64,000 nucleotides of DNA from a virus (IMGVR_UViG_3300043959_000228), one strand, 5' to 3'. Shown: positions 28,312 to 38,998, counted from the first letter of the stretch. Numbers and translations: made by a program. Notes: generated by a model not told the origin, from the sequence alone.

Positions 28312-30591
28312 ATGCGTACAATAAAAGGTCTTCTCCATACGACGATAGGCGTTATCGGTCTTATCGTCGTATTTGTTTCAGCTATGGCCGCATTCGGATG
28401 CCTGGTCTTTCTCGGTGTCGCACCCGTTGTCAGATATTGGGTAGAGGCTGATGATACCCTACCAGAGATACAGACCAATCAACATACGGTCATGTATGAT
28501 AAGAACGGTTCTCAATTCGCTGAGATATGGTCAGAGGACAGAAAAGAGGTTAAGTCAATCAACGATATTAACCCGATCATGAGGTCTTCTATTCTATCAG
28601 CAGAGGATAAGGACTTCTATTCACATGGTGCAATCGATGTACCAGCAACGGTGAGGAGTGTAGTTAGTAGCTCTGGCGGTGGATCTGGAATTACTCAGCA
28701 GCTCATTAAAAATCTGCTCTTTTATCGGAATAACGCCACGACTGCTGAGAAGAAAACAGCGTCTGAGACTACCATATCGAGGAAGATTAGGGAGTTAAAA
28801 CTCGCCTTGTCATATGAGAAGAATCATTCTAAGGATGATATCCTATTAGAGTATCTGAATACGGTGGCTATTGGTGGACCTAACACGTATGGCATTGAAA
28901 CAGCTTCGGAGTCTATATTTAATAAGTCCGCGAAGGACCTAACGTTAGGTGAGGCGGCAGCTTTAGCGGGGTCAGTGAATAATCCTAGTCTATATAATCT
29001 TACAAGAATGAATGACGCTGATAACGCTAAACGAGTTAAGACGAGACAAGAATATGTGCTCTCTCGATTGTTAGCTGATGGAAAAATATCGAAGAAGGAT
29101 TATGATCAGGCGGTAAAGGATCCTATTACAACGAATATGCAGGAAAGAACGGGATCGTGCTCAGCCAGTAAGTATCCTTTCTACTGTCAGATGGTTGTTG
29201 ATTATTTGCTGAAAGATGGTATGCTCGGTAATACGGCGGATGAACGGGCAAGAAGCGTAGCCGCAGGTGGATTGGAAATTAAAACCCCACTAGATCCTAC
29301 GATGATCGACCAATTAGAACATCAATTGAAGACTGATTGGGGAACTGATAATACCAAGGTCCAGGCAACTGCCGTTGTCCAACCAGGAACAGGATACATT
29401 ATGGCCATAGGATCTAATCGTGACTGGGGATTAGATGCATCTAAGGGTCAGACGCAGGTTGTGCTTCCAACGAGTAAGACACAAACAGGATCAACCTATA
29501 AGATGATGACCCTAGCCGCCGCGTTAAATGCCGGTTGGTCTGAGGATCGATTGAACGCTGTTTCTAGTGCCTGCCCATGGACAAAGAATGGTTTTGATAC
29601 GCCAGTTGGAGGTATCCGTAATTCAACGTCATGTGCCTTACAGGGTGGACATCTGAGTTATCGTCAGGCTACGGCTTATTCAGCGAATACTTGGTTCGTA
29701 GAATTAGAGTCGCAGATAGGCGTGAATGCTGTTAAAAACTTCTCTAAGAGTGTAGGATTGACTGTTCCCGATTCGATAACTAGCCGATCAGCTTCGTTCG
29801 CGCTTGGCGTCACTGACAATAGTCCTGTTGACATGGCCGCAGCTTACGCCACATTCGCTAATAAGGGTGTGTATTGTCCAGCAAGCCCGATCATATCCAT
29901 GCAACGAGCAGATGGTGACGCAATTCAGCCGCCAGATGAATGGAATCCTGATTCTACGACGTGCAGGTCGGTTATGAGTCCGCATTCTGCTAGTATCATT
30001 CTGAAAGCTCAAGACGCCAATATCAATGGAACTGATATCCCCGGTCGTTTCGGAGAGAAAGCCGCGGTTGCCGGGCATCTCACTGTTGGCAAGTCTGGCA
30101 CAACAACAAATTACGCTAATCAGGTATGGACTCAAACCGTTGGACAATATGTCGTGTTTTCAAACGGATATGATCCTAGAGGTAACTTCCAGCATACTAT
30201 GGAGCATTATCGTTGGCGAGGATACTCGTCTAGTCCTGCTACGGAGGCGGTATTACAATCAACACGAGACTTTATATCGACGAATCTACAGGGCCAAAAT
30301 AACGCTGGATTAGATTTGACTAACACCGATGATAATTGGAAGAAAGTTGCGTCCGCTAATAAGAGTATGGTGACAATACCAGATCTTCGTGGTATGAAAC
30401 CATCGTCTGCTTTAGAAACCTTGCGCTCATTAGGTATTAATGGAGCTGTTCTCAAAGTTAAGGAACACGCTGATCAAGTGCAGAATAATAGTCAATGGCC
30501 TAGTGGTGTCATATATCACCAGTCTATTGATCCAGGAACCAAGATTCTTATAGGATCAAATAAAATCATCGCTTTATCCGTTGCTGAATAG
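28312..30591 (+). CDS. Class A penicillin-binding protein (transglycosylase-transpeptidase-PASTA)
   Basis: GT51 motifs 'EDKDFYSH', 'GSGITQQLIKN', 'RKIRE' and 'KDDILLEYLN'. TP motifs STYK, SAN and KSG. C-terminal PASTA 'VTIPDLRGM'. Confidence 0.93.
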   Translation: MRTIKGLLHTTIGVIGLIVVFVSAMAAFGCLVFLGVAPVVRYWVEADDTLPEIQTNQHTVMYDKNGSQFAEIWSEDRKEVKSINDINPIMRSSILSAEDKDFYSHGAIDVPATVRSVVSSSGGGSGITQQLIKNLLFYRNNATTAEKKTASETTISRKIRELKLALSYEKNHSKDDILLEYLNTVAIGGPNTYGIETASESIFNKSAKDLTLGEAAALAGSVNNPSLYNLTRMNDADNAKRVKTRQEYVLSRLLADGKISKKDYDQAVKDPITTNMQERTGSCSASKYPFYCQMVVDYLLKDGMLGNTADERARSVAAGGLEIKTPLDPTMIDQLEHQLKTDWGTDNTKVQATAVVQPGTGYIMAIGSNRDWGLDASKGQTQVVLPTSKTQTGSTYKMMTLAAALNAGWSEDRLNAVSSACPWTKNGFDTPVGGIRNSTSCALQGGHLSYRQATAYSANTWFVELESQIGVNAVKNFSKSVGLTVPDSITSRSASFALGVTDNSPVDMAAAYATFANKGVYCPASPIISMQRADGDAIQPPDEWNPDSTTCRSVMSPHSASIILKAQDANINGTDIPGRFGEKAAVAGHLTVGKSGTTTNYANQVWTQTVGQYVVFSNGYDPRGNFQHTMEHYRWRGYSSSPATEAVLQSTRDFISTNLQGQNNAGLDLTNTDDNWKKVASANKSMVTIPDLRGMKPSSALETLRSLGINGAVLKVKEHADQVQNNSQWPSGVIYHQSIDPGTKILIGSNKIIALSVAE

Positions 30592-30661
30592 GTATAATGC
30601 CTCATATTGGTGATGAACACCAGAGATCATAAGAAGATAGTCCAATAATGAGAGGATAATC

Positions 30662-31141
30662 ATGGCGGCTTCAAACGTAACGACATTAGTTCAACAGATG
30701 GCCGAGGCCCGTAAGGCCGTTGAACAAGCCTTAAAGAAAACTGATACGAAGGAACATACTCTTAATGAGAAGATATCCTCTATTGAGGATCAATTACATA
30801 AGGCTAAGAATCAACTTCAAGAAGTCCTTCAGGAGAAGAACGATCTTACTGCCGCATTGGGTGGATCAGCGCCAACGGTCAGTTCTGATGATGGTCATGA
30901 TGAGATCATCGTTGAAGACGAGCCATCCTCTGATCATGAAGATGCTCATCAAGAGAGTTCATCGAAACCAATCGTAGAGGATCATAGTCAGGACCCAGCC
31001 AATGATGATCTTGACGATTTTGATAATATTGATCCTCAGCAGCCATCATCTGATGCATCTAGTGATACAGCAACCCCTACGCCCAAGGCATCCTCAACGG
31101 CCTATGTCGCTGAGGATGATGAAGACGATGAGTTCATCTAA
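30662..31141 (+). CDS. Coiled-coil protein with acidic disordered tail
   Basis: GAGG RBS, heptad-rich N-half and D/E/S-rich C-half. Confidence 0.7.
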   Translation: MAASNVTTLVQQMAEARKAVEQALKKTDTKEHTLNEKISSIEDQLHKAKNQLQEVLQEKNDLTAALGGSAPTVSSDDGHDEIIVEDEPSSDHEDAHQESSSKPIVEDHSQDPANDDLDDFDNIDPQQPSSDASSDTATPTPKASSTAYVAEDDEDDEFI

Positions 31142-31193
31142 TCGTTATCACGGTACAATGTTCATTACCATACATAAGCATAAGGAGTAAGCA

Positions 31194-32354
31194 ATGGAAA
31201 TACAGTTCGATAGGCAGGACTTCATTAACGCCGTTAAATGGTCTACGGAGATTATCGACGTGAAGAACGATCTGGCTACAGTCAGAATGGACGCAAACGA
31301 TGATGGAACTGTAGAGTTCTCATCAGTTTCTGGTGAGGGCGAGAGGTCAATTACTATTCCCGCGACCATCACCGATTTTACGGACGAGCCATTAGAGTTA
31401 GTTGCTGGAGCTTTGAAGAAAGTTCCATCTCAGATTACATCTGATAGTGTCGTTTTGACGTATTCTGATAAGGACAGGACGCAATTATCGGCTAATGTCG
31501 GATTAAAGTTGAAGCTGCCTATCATGTCTAGTCAGGATAGGCCATTGCACGATATATCGTCAATGGATTATGTTGGCGTTATAGCTCCGGCTGATCTGTT
31601 TTACGTGGCTTCACGACTGGCTGTGGTCAGCGATGAAAGTGTATCTGATTCCCGTTTCCGTTGTCTAGATTTTGAGACTCAAGACGATGGCCATATCAAA
31701 GTCGTGGCCACTGATGGATTCGTATTCACAACACGTTTGATTAGTTATCAGCCAGACGCTGATAAGGATTATGAGGATCGTCAATTCATCCTTCCGTCAA
31801 GTGATATTAAGAAAATGTCTGATGCTAGCAATGCTTCCAGCGTTGACGTGTATGTAGACGATGCATCTATTCTCTTCTCATTTGATGATGGAAGAACCAG
31901 TAGAATTAATAAGTTCCTTGAGGAGTTTCTGGAATATCAGGTACTTGTCTATGGGGAGAGGGAGAATGAGGAATCATTTGACGTCTCCTTCGAGGATTTG
32001 AAGGATGTTGTTACTCGTCTTGGATCGTGGTCGTCTGCATCTGAGGACAATAATGTCTACTTTGATGTCTCATCTGACACGAATGAGATCAAAATCCATA
32101 ACTCCACGAATACCTGGGATACGGCAATTCAATTTGTCGGTGACATTTCTAAGGATTATCACGCTGTATTCAGATTCAATACTCTTATGAGGACGTTGAA
32201 TACAACTGACGCTGAGACTTTAAGATACCGATTCATCCAGGATCCTGAGGACGTGTATGGATATGCGGTTATCTGGAATCAGATTAAGAATGATGGTACG
32301 GTTGATGACACCGTTTATCTATTAAGTCTTCCTGTACCTCCGAACCAGTTGTAA
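31194..32354 (+). CDS. Divergent DNA polymerase III beta sliding clamp-like protein
   Basis: 386 aa; 'MEIQFDRQDFINAV' start and 'VVATDG' clamp motif at the expected position. Confidence 0.72.
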   Translation: MEIQFDRQDFINAVKWSTEIIDVKNDLATVRMDANDDGTVEFSSVSGEGERSITIPATITDFTDEPLELVAGALKKVPSQITSDSVVLTYSDKDRTQLSANVGLKLKLPIMSSQDRPLHDISSMDYVGVIAPADLFYVASRLAVVSDESVSDSRFRCLDFETQDDGHIKVVATDGFVFTTRLISYQPDADKDYEDRQFILPSSDIKKMSDASNASSVDVYVDDASILFSFDDGRTSRINKFLEEFLEYQVLVYGERENEESFDVSFEDLKDVVTRLGSWSSASEDNNVYFDVSSDTNEIKIHNSTNTWDTAIQFVGDISKDYHAVFRFNTLMRTLNTTDAETLRYRFIQDPEDVYGYAVIWNQIKNDGTVDDTVYLLSLPVPPNQL

Positions 32355-32429
32355 GTATAAGCTTTCCTATTGCATGATTGTCCGTCATGCTTGGGAATCA
32401 GAGACTAGGAACATTGCGCGTTTCTATCG

Positions 32430-32469
32430 TAGTGAGGCCGACCATTTTCTTTAATGGTCGGCCTCACTA
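32430..32469. terminator. Perfect hairpin downstream of clamp gene
   Basis: TAGTGAGGCCGACCATT / AATGGTCGGCCTCACTA, a 17-bp stem. Confidence 0.7.
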
Positions 32470-32482
32470 TTATTACAATGAT

Positions 32483-32611
32483 AGATCTCGCGTCTAATCC
32501 TGATTCTGGCCTCGTCTAGTATAACGTATCATCTGAGGTCTTTTATGATCAGCGCCAGTCAGAATAGGCTCAGAACATGACTCTTTACTCATGTTCTGAG
32601 CCTAACTAGAT
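32483..32611. repeat. Dispersed structured intergenic repeat, copy 2
   Basis: AGATCTCGCGTCTAATCCTGATTCT...TCTAGTATAACGTATCATCTGAGG-N24-AATAGGCTCAGAACATGA CTCTTTAC TCATGTTCTGAGCCTAACTAGAT, with a stem at 32565-32580/32589-32604. Confidence 0.92.
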
Positions 32612-32659
32612 TTCATGCGCAATTTTCATGTAAGAAATGGTGTTGGTATAATGTTCTTC

Positions 32660-34687
32660 ATGATGAAATATGATACGAGTGAAATTATTAATGATTTACT
32701 CTCTGATGATGGACAGTCTAACGTAGTCAACTATCTCATGCCTATCGTTGATTCATCTTCGATACCAGCGCGACCACTTGACGATATGATGCCGAACATT
32801 AAGGCTTCAATTATCAGAATCAATAGATCGTTATCCATTATGAATCGCCATCGCAGCGTCATTGTCACCGGTGAGTCAGGATCTGGTAAGACCTATGCCA
32901 TCAAGCAGTTAGTCGCTCATAATAACGATCTTTATCATCCGCATGACCATAAGATCTACTATCGTCGATATGATAGTGTTCTATTCTCTAATCTCATGAA
33001 TAGCCCAGAAATGAGTATGGTCGACACGAAACCAGCATTAGTTCTGAGTGATGTCATACAGCGTATGGCAGCCCTTGACGCTATGAACGACGATAAACTC
33101 GTTCTCATCGTCAATCAAGCGAATATTGCGTCGGCTGTCCATAGGATAGCCCCTCATATTACAATCCTACTAGAACTATCATCGTCTGACGCCGATCTCT
33201 TCACGAAGGACGAACATGACATCGTCGATAAGTTCGAGTTCATCGACATTAACCAGGACCCTCCCACATTCAGGGATATGCTTATCGAATTAGTCAAACG
33301 TGATAGGGACCTCTCACAGCGATACGCCTCATCATTGACTGAGGATCAGTTATGCTACGCTATGAGAACCCTGACTAATGTTGCTTTGAAGGACAGTATC
33401 AGTGGATTCAAGCTCACGTATAAGACAACGATTCTCCTATCCATTGACTTTTATATGACGGCTATTGAACACTTACATGTCTGGCTTGACCAGCATGGAC
33501 TCATAACGGTTGATCATCTATCCACATCAGCCTATCGTAAGAACATCATTGAACTATTCAAGGATCTACCGAATCATATTGATCATGACTCATCAAATTA
33601 TATGATCGCTGATAACGATCTTGATATGGATGACAATACCCGTAGAATGATTATGGACGATGATCGTGATGACGAGGAGGATAGGCCTAAGCCAAAACCT
33701 GTCGCATACTCTGATATTAGCACACTTGCTGAGCGTCTAAAATCCAAAGTCATCAATCAGGACAAGGCTATTGATCAGTTAGTAGACTGTATTAAAATAG
33801 ACGCGTCAGGACTACGTAGGAAGGATAGCCCCATCGCCACTGTACTATTTGACGGCCCCTCAGGTGTTGGCAAGACGGAGTTAGCCAAACAGTTAGCATT
33901 AGAACTTTTCAACGATCCAGTGCAACTCATCAGATTAGACATGTCCGAGTACTCCTCAAAAGAGGACGTCACAAAGCTATTCGGATCTGCTCCTGGATAC
34001 CAAGATTCTGAATTAGGCGGCCAATTAACCAATAAGGTTATGAATAATCCACAATCGGTCATATTACTTGATGAAGCGGAAAAGGCGAATCCTAAAGTAT
34101 GGAATAGCTTCCTCCAAGTATTTGACGACGGCCGCATGACGGACAGTAGAGGAAAAACAGCCGATTTTACCAACACTATCATTATTTTAACATCAAATCT
34201 TGGTAATAAGGAATCAATCACATCAAAGGCAGGATTTGGCTTTGGAGATGCTGCCCTTATCAGATCTCATCAAGAAGTTGATGGCATTATGCGAAAGTCT
34301 CTTGATAAATACTTTGCGCCCGAATTGTTAGCTAGACTTGATGTTATCGTAACTTTCAATAGTCTGCGTAAAGAGGATCTAGAGAAGATTGTTATGATGC
34401 AATTATCAGATCTTGCTGACATTCTATGTGCAAATCATAAACATCTCACAATGGATATGAATATTGATCGTTCCATCATTGATCTTATTCTTAGTGAAGC
34501 CGATACCAGCAAGTTTGGTGCGCGTGAGGTTCAGAGGGTCATTCGAAGGATCGTGACTCTTCCGTTATCAGATTGGGTAATCAGCTATCATGAACATAAC
34601 CATGAAGATGATATCTTAATGATGAAACGCAAAAACGACATGATTATTTTTCAGGTGATCATGAAGGAGCAATCAAATGCCAAATGA
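32660..34687 (+). CDS. ClpA/ClpB-family AAA+ ATPase (intact NBD2, degenerate NBD1)
   Basis: 'GPSGVGKTELAK', 'RLDMSEY', 'GGQLT', 'LLDEAEKA' and 'LQVFDDGRMTD'. N-terminal 'GESGSGKT' has no clear Walker B. Leaderless ATG 32660 follows TGGTATAAT. Confidence 0.85.
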   Translation: MMKYDTSEIINDLLSDDGQSNVVNYLMPIVDSSSIPARPLDDMMPNIKASIIRINRSLSIMNRHRSVIVTGESGSGKTYAIKQLVAHNNDLYHPHDHKIYYRRYDSVLFSNLMNSPEMSMVDTKPALVLSDVIQRMAALDAMNDDKLVLIVNQANIASAVHRIAPHITILLELSSSDADLFTKDEHDIVDKFEFIDINQDPPTFRDMLIELVKRDRDLSQRYASSLTEDQLCYAMRTLTNVALKDSISGFKLTYKTTILLSIDFYMTAIEHLHVWLDQHGLITVDHLSTSAYRKNIIELFKDLPNHIDHDSSNYMIADNDLDMDDNTRRMIMDDDRDDEEDRPKPKPVAYSDISTLAERLKSKVINQDKAIDQLVDCIKIDASGLRRKDSPIATVLFDGPSGVGKTELAKQLALELFNDPVQLIRLDMSEYSSKEDVTKLFGSAPGYQDSELGGQLTNKVMNNPQSVILLDEAEKANPKVWNSFLQVFDDGRMTDSRGKTADFTNTIIILTSNLGNKESITSKAGFGFGDAALIRSHQEVDGIMRKSLDKYFAPELLARLDVIVTFNSLRKEDLEKIVMMQLSDLADILCANHKHLTMDMNIDRSIIDLILSEADTSKFGAREVQRVIRRIVTLPLSDWVISYHEHNHEDDILMMKRKNDMIIFQVIMKEQSNAK

Positions 34688-35819
34688 GAACTTTGACGCG
34701 TCCGAGTTCCTCGATGATGGAGATGATTCAGACTCACTCATTAACGGGGATTCCGAGACGAACGATATACTCGGCATAGAAGAGCATGATCAACAACAGC
34801 CATATCAGCAGGAGACCCCCGATCCGGTGAGCACGGAATTAGATCCAATGAACGATGATCATGTGGAAACTGTAGACAATTCAGGGCAGCAACAGGACAC
34901 ACAAATGGTCCCATCATTGAATATTGGTTCTGAGGACGATTACGCTAGTTTGGACGACTTAGATGAATTTGATTTATCTGATGCTACTGGGACTATTGAT
35001 CTTAGTCAAGAACTTGATGCACAGGACGATACCATCCAACCATCGAATACGGGAGAGGACGATGATCAAGAATCTGAGCCTGAATCATCGTATGTCATTC
35101 CAACGATTGATCCTATTCAGACGCCACAGGTCACCATACAGGATGAAACAGATATGGTGCCTCCGGATGACGATATTGTTCCCATAGTACAGACACCTCC
35201 TCTTGAGGAAGAACAGCCGGTCAGTATTCCAGTAGAATCAATTGATCGTCATGATGACCATCCAATTGAGCGGCCATCATCTCCTCCTGAACGTATCGAG
35301 CAGACACAGGATCAAGAATTAATACGTGAGGAAGCAGATATGGACACTCTTAATGTCAACACCATTCGAAAGATCATCGTCATTATCGGAAATTATCGAG
35401 CATTAGATGATAAATCGAAGAATACGGTCAGTCAGTTCATTAAATCAATATCAGCTATTAAGAAGAGGAAGATTAATCAACTTGATGAGGCAAGCATTAT
35501 TAAGGAAATCATTGAGATCGACCCTGATATTCGATTAGGCGTTAATAATTTGTTACAGGCTAAAGCTAAGACTGGCGCTGATAGGGCTTTCTTCTTAATG
35601 GGCTTAGATGCTAAGAGTCTTATGAATATCGATATTTTCCTGAGAATGACGGCTATCGCTAAGACCAGTCTTGTAATTAAGGATGAATCATTATCGTCTA
35701 TCAAATCGGCTGCAGAAGAATTGAACGGACTGATTGATAAGTTACTCGATAATCAAGTTGTATACATCAAGAAGCTAGACTCTATTCTCCAATCAACCAA
35801 GGAGATTATGGATTCATGA
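34677..35819 (+). CDS. Hypothetical protein, long acidic N-terminal region + helical C-domain
   Basis: AAGGAG RBS; overlaps the clp stop. Confidence 0.7.
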   Translation: MPNENFDASEFLDDGDDSDSLINGDSETNDILGIEEHDQQQPYQQETPDPVSTELDPMNDDHVETVDNSGQQQDTQMVPSLNIGSEDDYASLDDLDEFDLSDATGTIDLSQELDAQDDTIQPSNTGEDDDQESEPESSYVIPTIDPIQTPQVTIQDETDMVPPDDDIVPIVQTPPLEEEQPVSIPVESIDRHDDHPIERPSSPPERIEQTQDQELIREEADMDTLNVNTIRKIIVIIGNYRALDDKSKNTVSQFIKSISAIKKRKINQLDEASIIKEIIEIDPDIRLGVNNLLQAKAKTGADRAFFLMGLDAKSLMNIDIFLRMTAIAKTSLVIKDESLSSIKSAAEELNGLIDKLLDNQVVYIKKLDSILQSTKEIMDS

Positions 35820-36256
35820 CACCAGATGAGCTGCAATTTCTAGAGAAGGCGGGCGCATTAGATCCACGACCCTATGAGAGAACCCTTCGTGAGAAGCATG
35901 ATGAGAAAGCGTCGATACGACCAGTATTGCCAGTAAAGACTATGATTATCATAGCCATTCTCACCATTATTGCAGCTATAGGATTATCATCAACTCTCGA
36001 TGGATTAGCTCCATACGCGACTATCTCACAGAACAAGGACTTAATGTCCTACCTCGAGATGAGTAGCTCGAATGGCACTAGTGCGGACATATCAAGTGAG
36101 GCAGATACAGCTAATCAAGTCTATGGTATGAGAACAGGAATCGTTACCGGTATTATAATTCTTGGTGTGATTATCGAGGCTATCATGATCACGACATGGT
36201 TTATTCGTTGTAAGTTATGGGAGGATCATCATGGCCAGTCCATCATTGAGGAATAA
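35816..36256 (+). CDS. Two-TM membrane protein
   Basis: Two hydrophobic helices; ATGA coupling with the upstream gene. Confidence 0.65.
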   Translation: MTPDELQFLEKAGALDPRPYERTLREKHDEKASIRPVLPVKTMIIIAILTIIAAIGLSSTLDGLAPYATISQNKDLMSYLEMSSSNGTSADISSEADTANQVYGMRTGIVTGIIILGVIIEAIMITTWFIRCKLWEDHHGQSIIEE

Positions 36257-36977
36257 TAAGACTAAGAAGCCAGTTTCATCGAAGAATCCTAATACACGTA
36301 AGAGTATTATCAGAATCGTCATTATGGCCGTCACTATGGTTGTGATCATTATTGCTCTCATTGTGGGTGTCGTGTACACGAGTAGTAGGACTCCTACAAG
36401 TACATCTTCTAACGGAGAACCATCATCCTCATCATCTACTGCAATGCCGTCAAATGCATCAGCGAGTGCAGCGAAATGGTTCATATCAGTATTGAAAGAT
36501 TATGACGGGTCCATGAAGAATGGTTATCTACAATCAGACTCAGCGACAAAAGACCTTGCATCGATGGCTAATGGAGACTATTCTACTGTACCTCAGAAAA
36601 TTCAGAATGCCTTCTACTGGTCGTCTGACGCTCAGAAGGATAGTAAGACCATCGATTTTAATACCTTGAAGGCCGCTGGATACACTGCTATAATGTCAGC
36701 ATGGCAGTTACGATACACCGCTTTAGAGAATAATAAGAGTTTCTCCTACGATGATAATCTTATTTATGTAGATAAGACGCATAACACCGTGACCATACCG
36801 GCAGAGGCTTGGTGTGGATTGCCAGCAGAGTTGACGATCCAATTAGTGTGGAATGGATCTGAGTGGAGGATTAATGGCGCCGATACGGCCATACCTGTAA
36901 CGGCTAAAGTGCGAGCGTCACAATTACAGAGCATCATTAGCTCTAAATCGTCGAGTGATACTAGCTCATCGAAGTAA
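36231..36977 (+). CDS. Membrane-anchored extracellular protein
   Basis: Basic N-terminus, a single TM and a Ser/Thr linker; GGAGG RBS. Confidence 0.7.
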   Translation: MASPSLRNNKTKKPVSSKNPNTRKSIIRIVIMAVTMVVIIIALIVGVVYTSSRTPTSTSSNGEPSSSSSTAMPSNASASAAKWFISVLKDYDGSMKNGYLQSDSATKDLASMANGDYSTVPQKIQNAFYWSSDAQKDSKTIDFNTLKAAGYTAIMSAWQLRYTALENNKSFSYDDNLIYVDKTHNTVTIPAEAWCGLPAELTIQLVWNGSEWRINGADTAIPVTAKVRASQLQSIISSKSSSDTSSSK

Positions 36978-36989
36978 GGATAGCATATT

Positions 36990-38087
36990 ATGAAGACAGT
37001 GCAACGATCATTAATGGAATTCCTACGTAGGAATTCCATGGTCTTGACGATCATTACGGCGGCCTTCATCGTCATTGAAGGATCTATAGCTTGGTTTTAT
37101 CCCTCCTCATGGTGGAAACCTTTAGGATTATTCGCCGGATTGGCTGTTCTTGTGTTAGTCTGGTCGAATATTAAAGTGGTGATTAAGGTCGTCGTATCTA
37201 TTGTAGCCATGATTTTTCTCATGGCCGCTGCGGTCATCACTGGATCAGCATATAGTGGAAGTTCCATTGGCGGATCGACTTGGGCGTTATCACTAGCTTT
37301 CTGCTGGGCATGCATACTTACCATATCGTATTATACGGCATCATCTAAATCACGATGGACGGCGGCTATCCTTGGTGCAGTGATTGCTTTCAGTTCTTCA
37401 TACATGTTGCTTCCAGTTCGGAATATGCTTATAATCATGCTGGCAGGATTCAGTATTGGTTTGCTTTCCGGAGTCGGCTTCCTCAAGATTGGTAGTCTCC
37501 GCGTACGATCAAAACGTGGATTACGAGTATGCCAAGACGATGATATGCTTATACGATCGAAGAAAATTATGTCAAGTCTTTGGCCTGATGCCGAAATGCA
37601 TACGATAAAGATCACCAGGCATCGTTATGGAGGTGTCTGGTTTGGCGTAGGCATGCCTATCGTTGTCATTCTGCCATTAGATCTTAGTGAAGGGCTAGAA
37701 GAGCACAAGCGTAGAGGATTCTCATATAGGGGTAGATTCATAAAAAACAATCTTCAATGGCTTGATTCAAGGATACACTTGCTTGTGCATCGACCTGAGC
37801 CGGTGTCATTATTGCTTGATAGTCGATCAGCTAACATCAAAACACGAGAGGATCCTGGTATCATATCGTATCCAATGTTGAATAGCAATCATGTAGGATT
37901 CTTTGGATTGATTAGCGTTCCTAAACGAGATCAACAATTCAAGAAGATGGTAGGATTATGTGTTTCAAGGTTTGACGGAGTCCAATATTGCACTGATAGG
38001 GATGTGAAACGACTCCATCGTAAGATGACCCGTAAACACCTGTCTGATATCTTTACCATACGTACTACTAATAAACCGAAGGATTGA
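36990..38087 (+). CDS. Polytopic membrane protein with basic cytoplasmic C-domain
   Basis: About 6 TM helices in the first 165 aa. Confidence 0.7.
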   Translation: MKTVQRSLMEFLRRNSMVLTIITAAFIVIEGSIAWFYPSSWWKPLGLFAGLAVLVLVWSNIKVVIKVVVSIVAMIFLMAAAVITGSAYSGSSIGGSTWALSLAFCWACILTISYYTASSKSRWTAAILGAVIAFSSSYMLLPVRNMLIIMLAGFSIGLLSGVGFLKIGSLRVRSKRGLRVCQDDDMLIRSKKIMSSLWPDAEMHTIKITRHRYGGVWFGVGMPIVVILPLDLSEGLEEHKRRGFSYRGRFIKNNLQWLDSRIHLLVHRPEPVSLLLDSRSANIKTREDPGIISYPMLNSNHVGFFGLISVPKRDQQFKKMVGLCVSRFDGVQYCTDRDVKRLHRKMTRKHLSDIFTIRTTNKPKD

Positions 38088-38089
38088 TA

Positions 38090-38998
38090 ATGCCTGATTA
38101 TATGGATCAATTAGTTGATGCTCAGACGCAACTTGATTTAGCTGACGCTGAATCACGTAAGACGAAGAGTAAGGAACATGATAAGAATAAGGCCCTGCTT
38201 GATGAAGGAGCCATGACCGTCGAGGCAGCTAGACGAATCACTGATTCTATTAAGGCCGCTTCAACCGCGACTTGGATTCTTATTAAGCGAGCACATGATG
38301 GCAAGGCTTGGAAATCACTTGATTATGATACTTGGGCTGAGTATGTTACGAGCGAATTCAATATATCGTCTAGCAGGTCGTATCAGCTGATTAATCAAGC
38401 TAATGTTATCTCTGACTTAGAGGCCGTTGCTCCAGAAGGCACTCATTTGATGCTAACAGAAGCTCAGACTAGAGACATCAAGGATACCTTGCCAAAGATT
38501 ACCGAGAAGATCAAGAATCAGACATCATCACATGATGATCCTAGTGTGACCGCTGACAAGATTAATAAGATCGTAGAAGAGGAACGATCAACTATTAAGA
38601 GTGACGCCGCTATGGACACTAAGGACGAGCCCGTCAATGAGGATACGAAGAATGACGCCTTTCAGGATCTTGACAGTAAAGGATCAGCACCGAAACCTGA
38701 TAGAATGTCTGCTAAGAGTTCTGGATCGACCGCCGACGATCCTATCGACCTTGATGCCGATCTACCAGAGGATGATTTCACCGATCAGCTTAACGATTAC
38801 TCAGACGTATCATCTGATGATATGAATGAGGATCAACAGACCATGAGTTATCTATTCAGTTATTTCGACATGCTATCAGACTCTAGTAAGGTTGCTAAGA
38901 CGTTTAACGGTGATCTTAAAACTACGAAGACTCAGGTTGATAAAATCATCAAATGGTTCACTGATTTTAGACGTCAGCTAGGCCGATCTAAGAATTGA
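38090..38998 (+). CDS. Phage/plasmid-type HTH-like hypothetical protein
   Basis: 'AHDGKAWKSLDYDTWAEYVTSEFNISSSRSYQLI' is a motif common in mobile-element DNA-binding proteins. Confidence 0.55.
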   Translation: MPDYMDQLVDAQTQLDLADAESRKTKSKEHDKNKALLDEGAMTVEAARRITDSIKAASTATWILIKRAHDGKAWKSLDYDTWAEYVTSEFNISSSRSYQLINQANVISDLEAVAPEGTHLMLTEAQTRDIKDTLPKITEKIKNQTSSHDDPSVTADKINKIVEEERSTIKSDAAMDTKDEPVNEDTKNDAFQDLDSKGSAPKPDRMSAKSSGSTADDPIDLDADLPEDDFTDQLNDYSDVSSDDMNEDQQTMSYLFSYFDMLSDSSKVAKTFNGDLKTTKTQVDKIIKWFTDFRRQLGRSKN

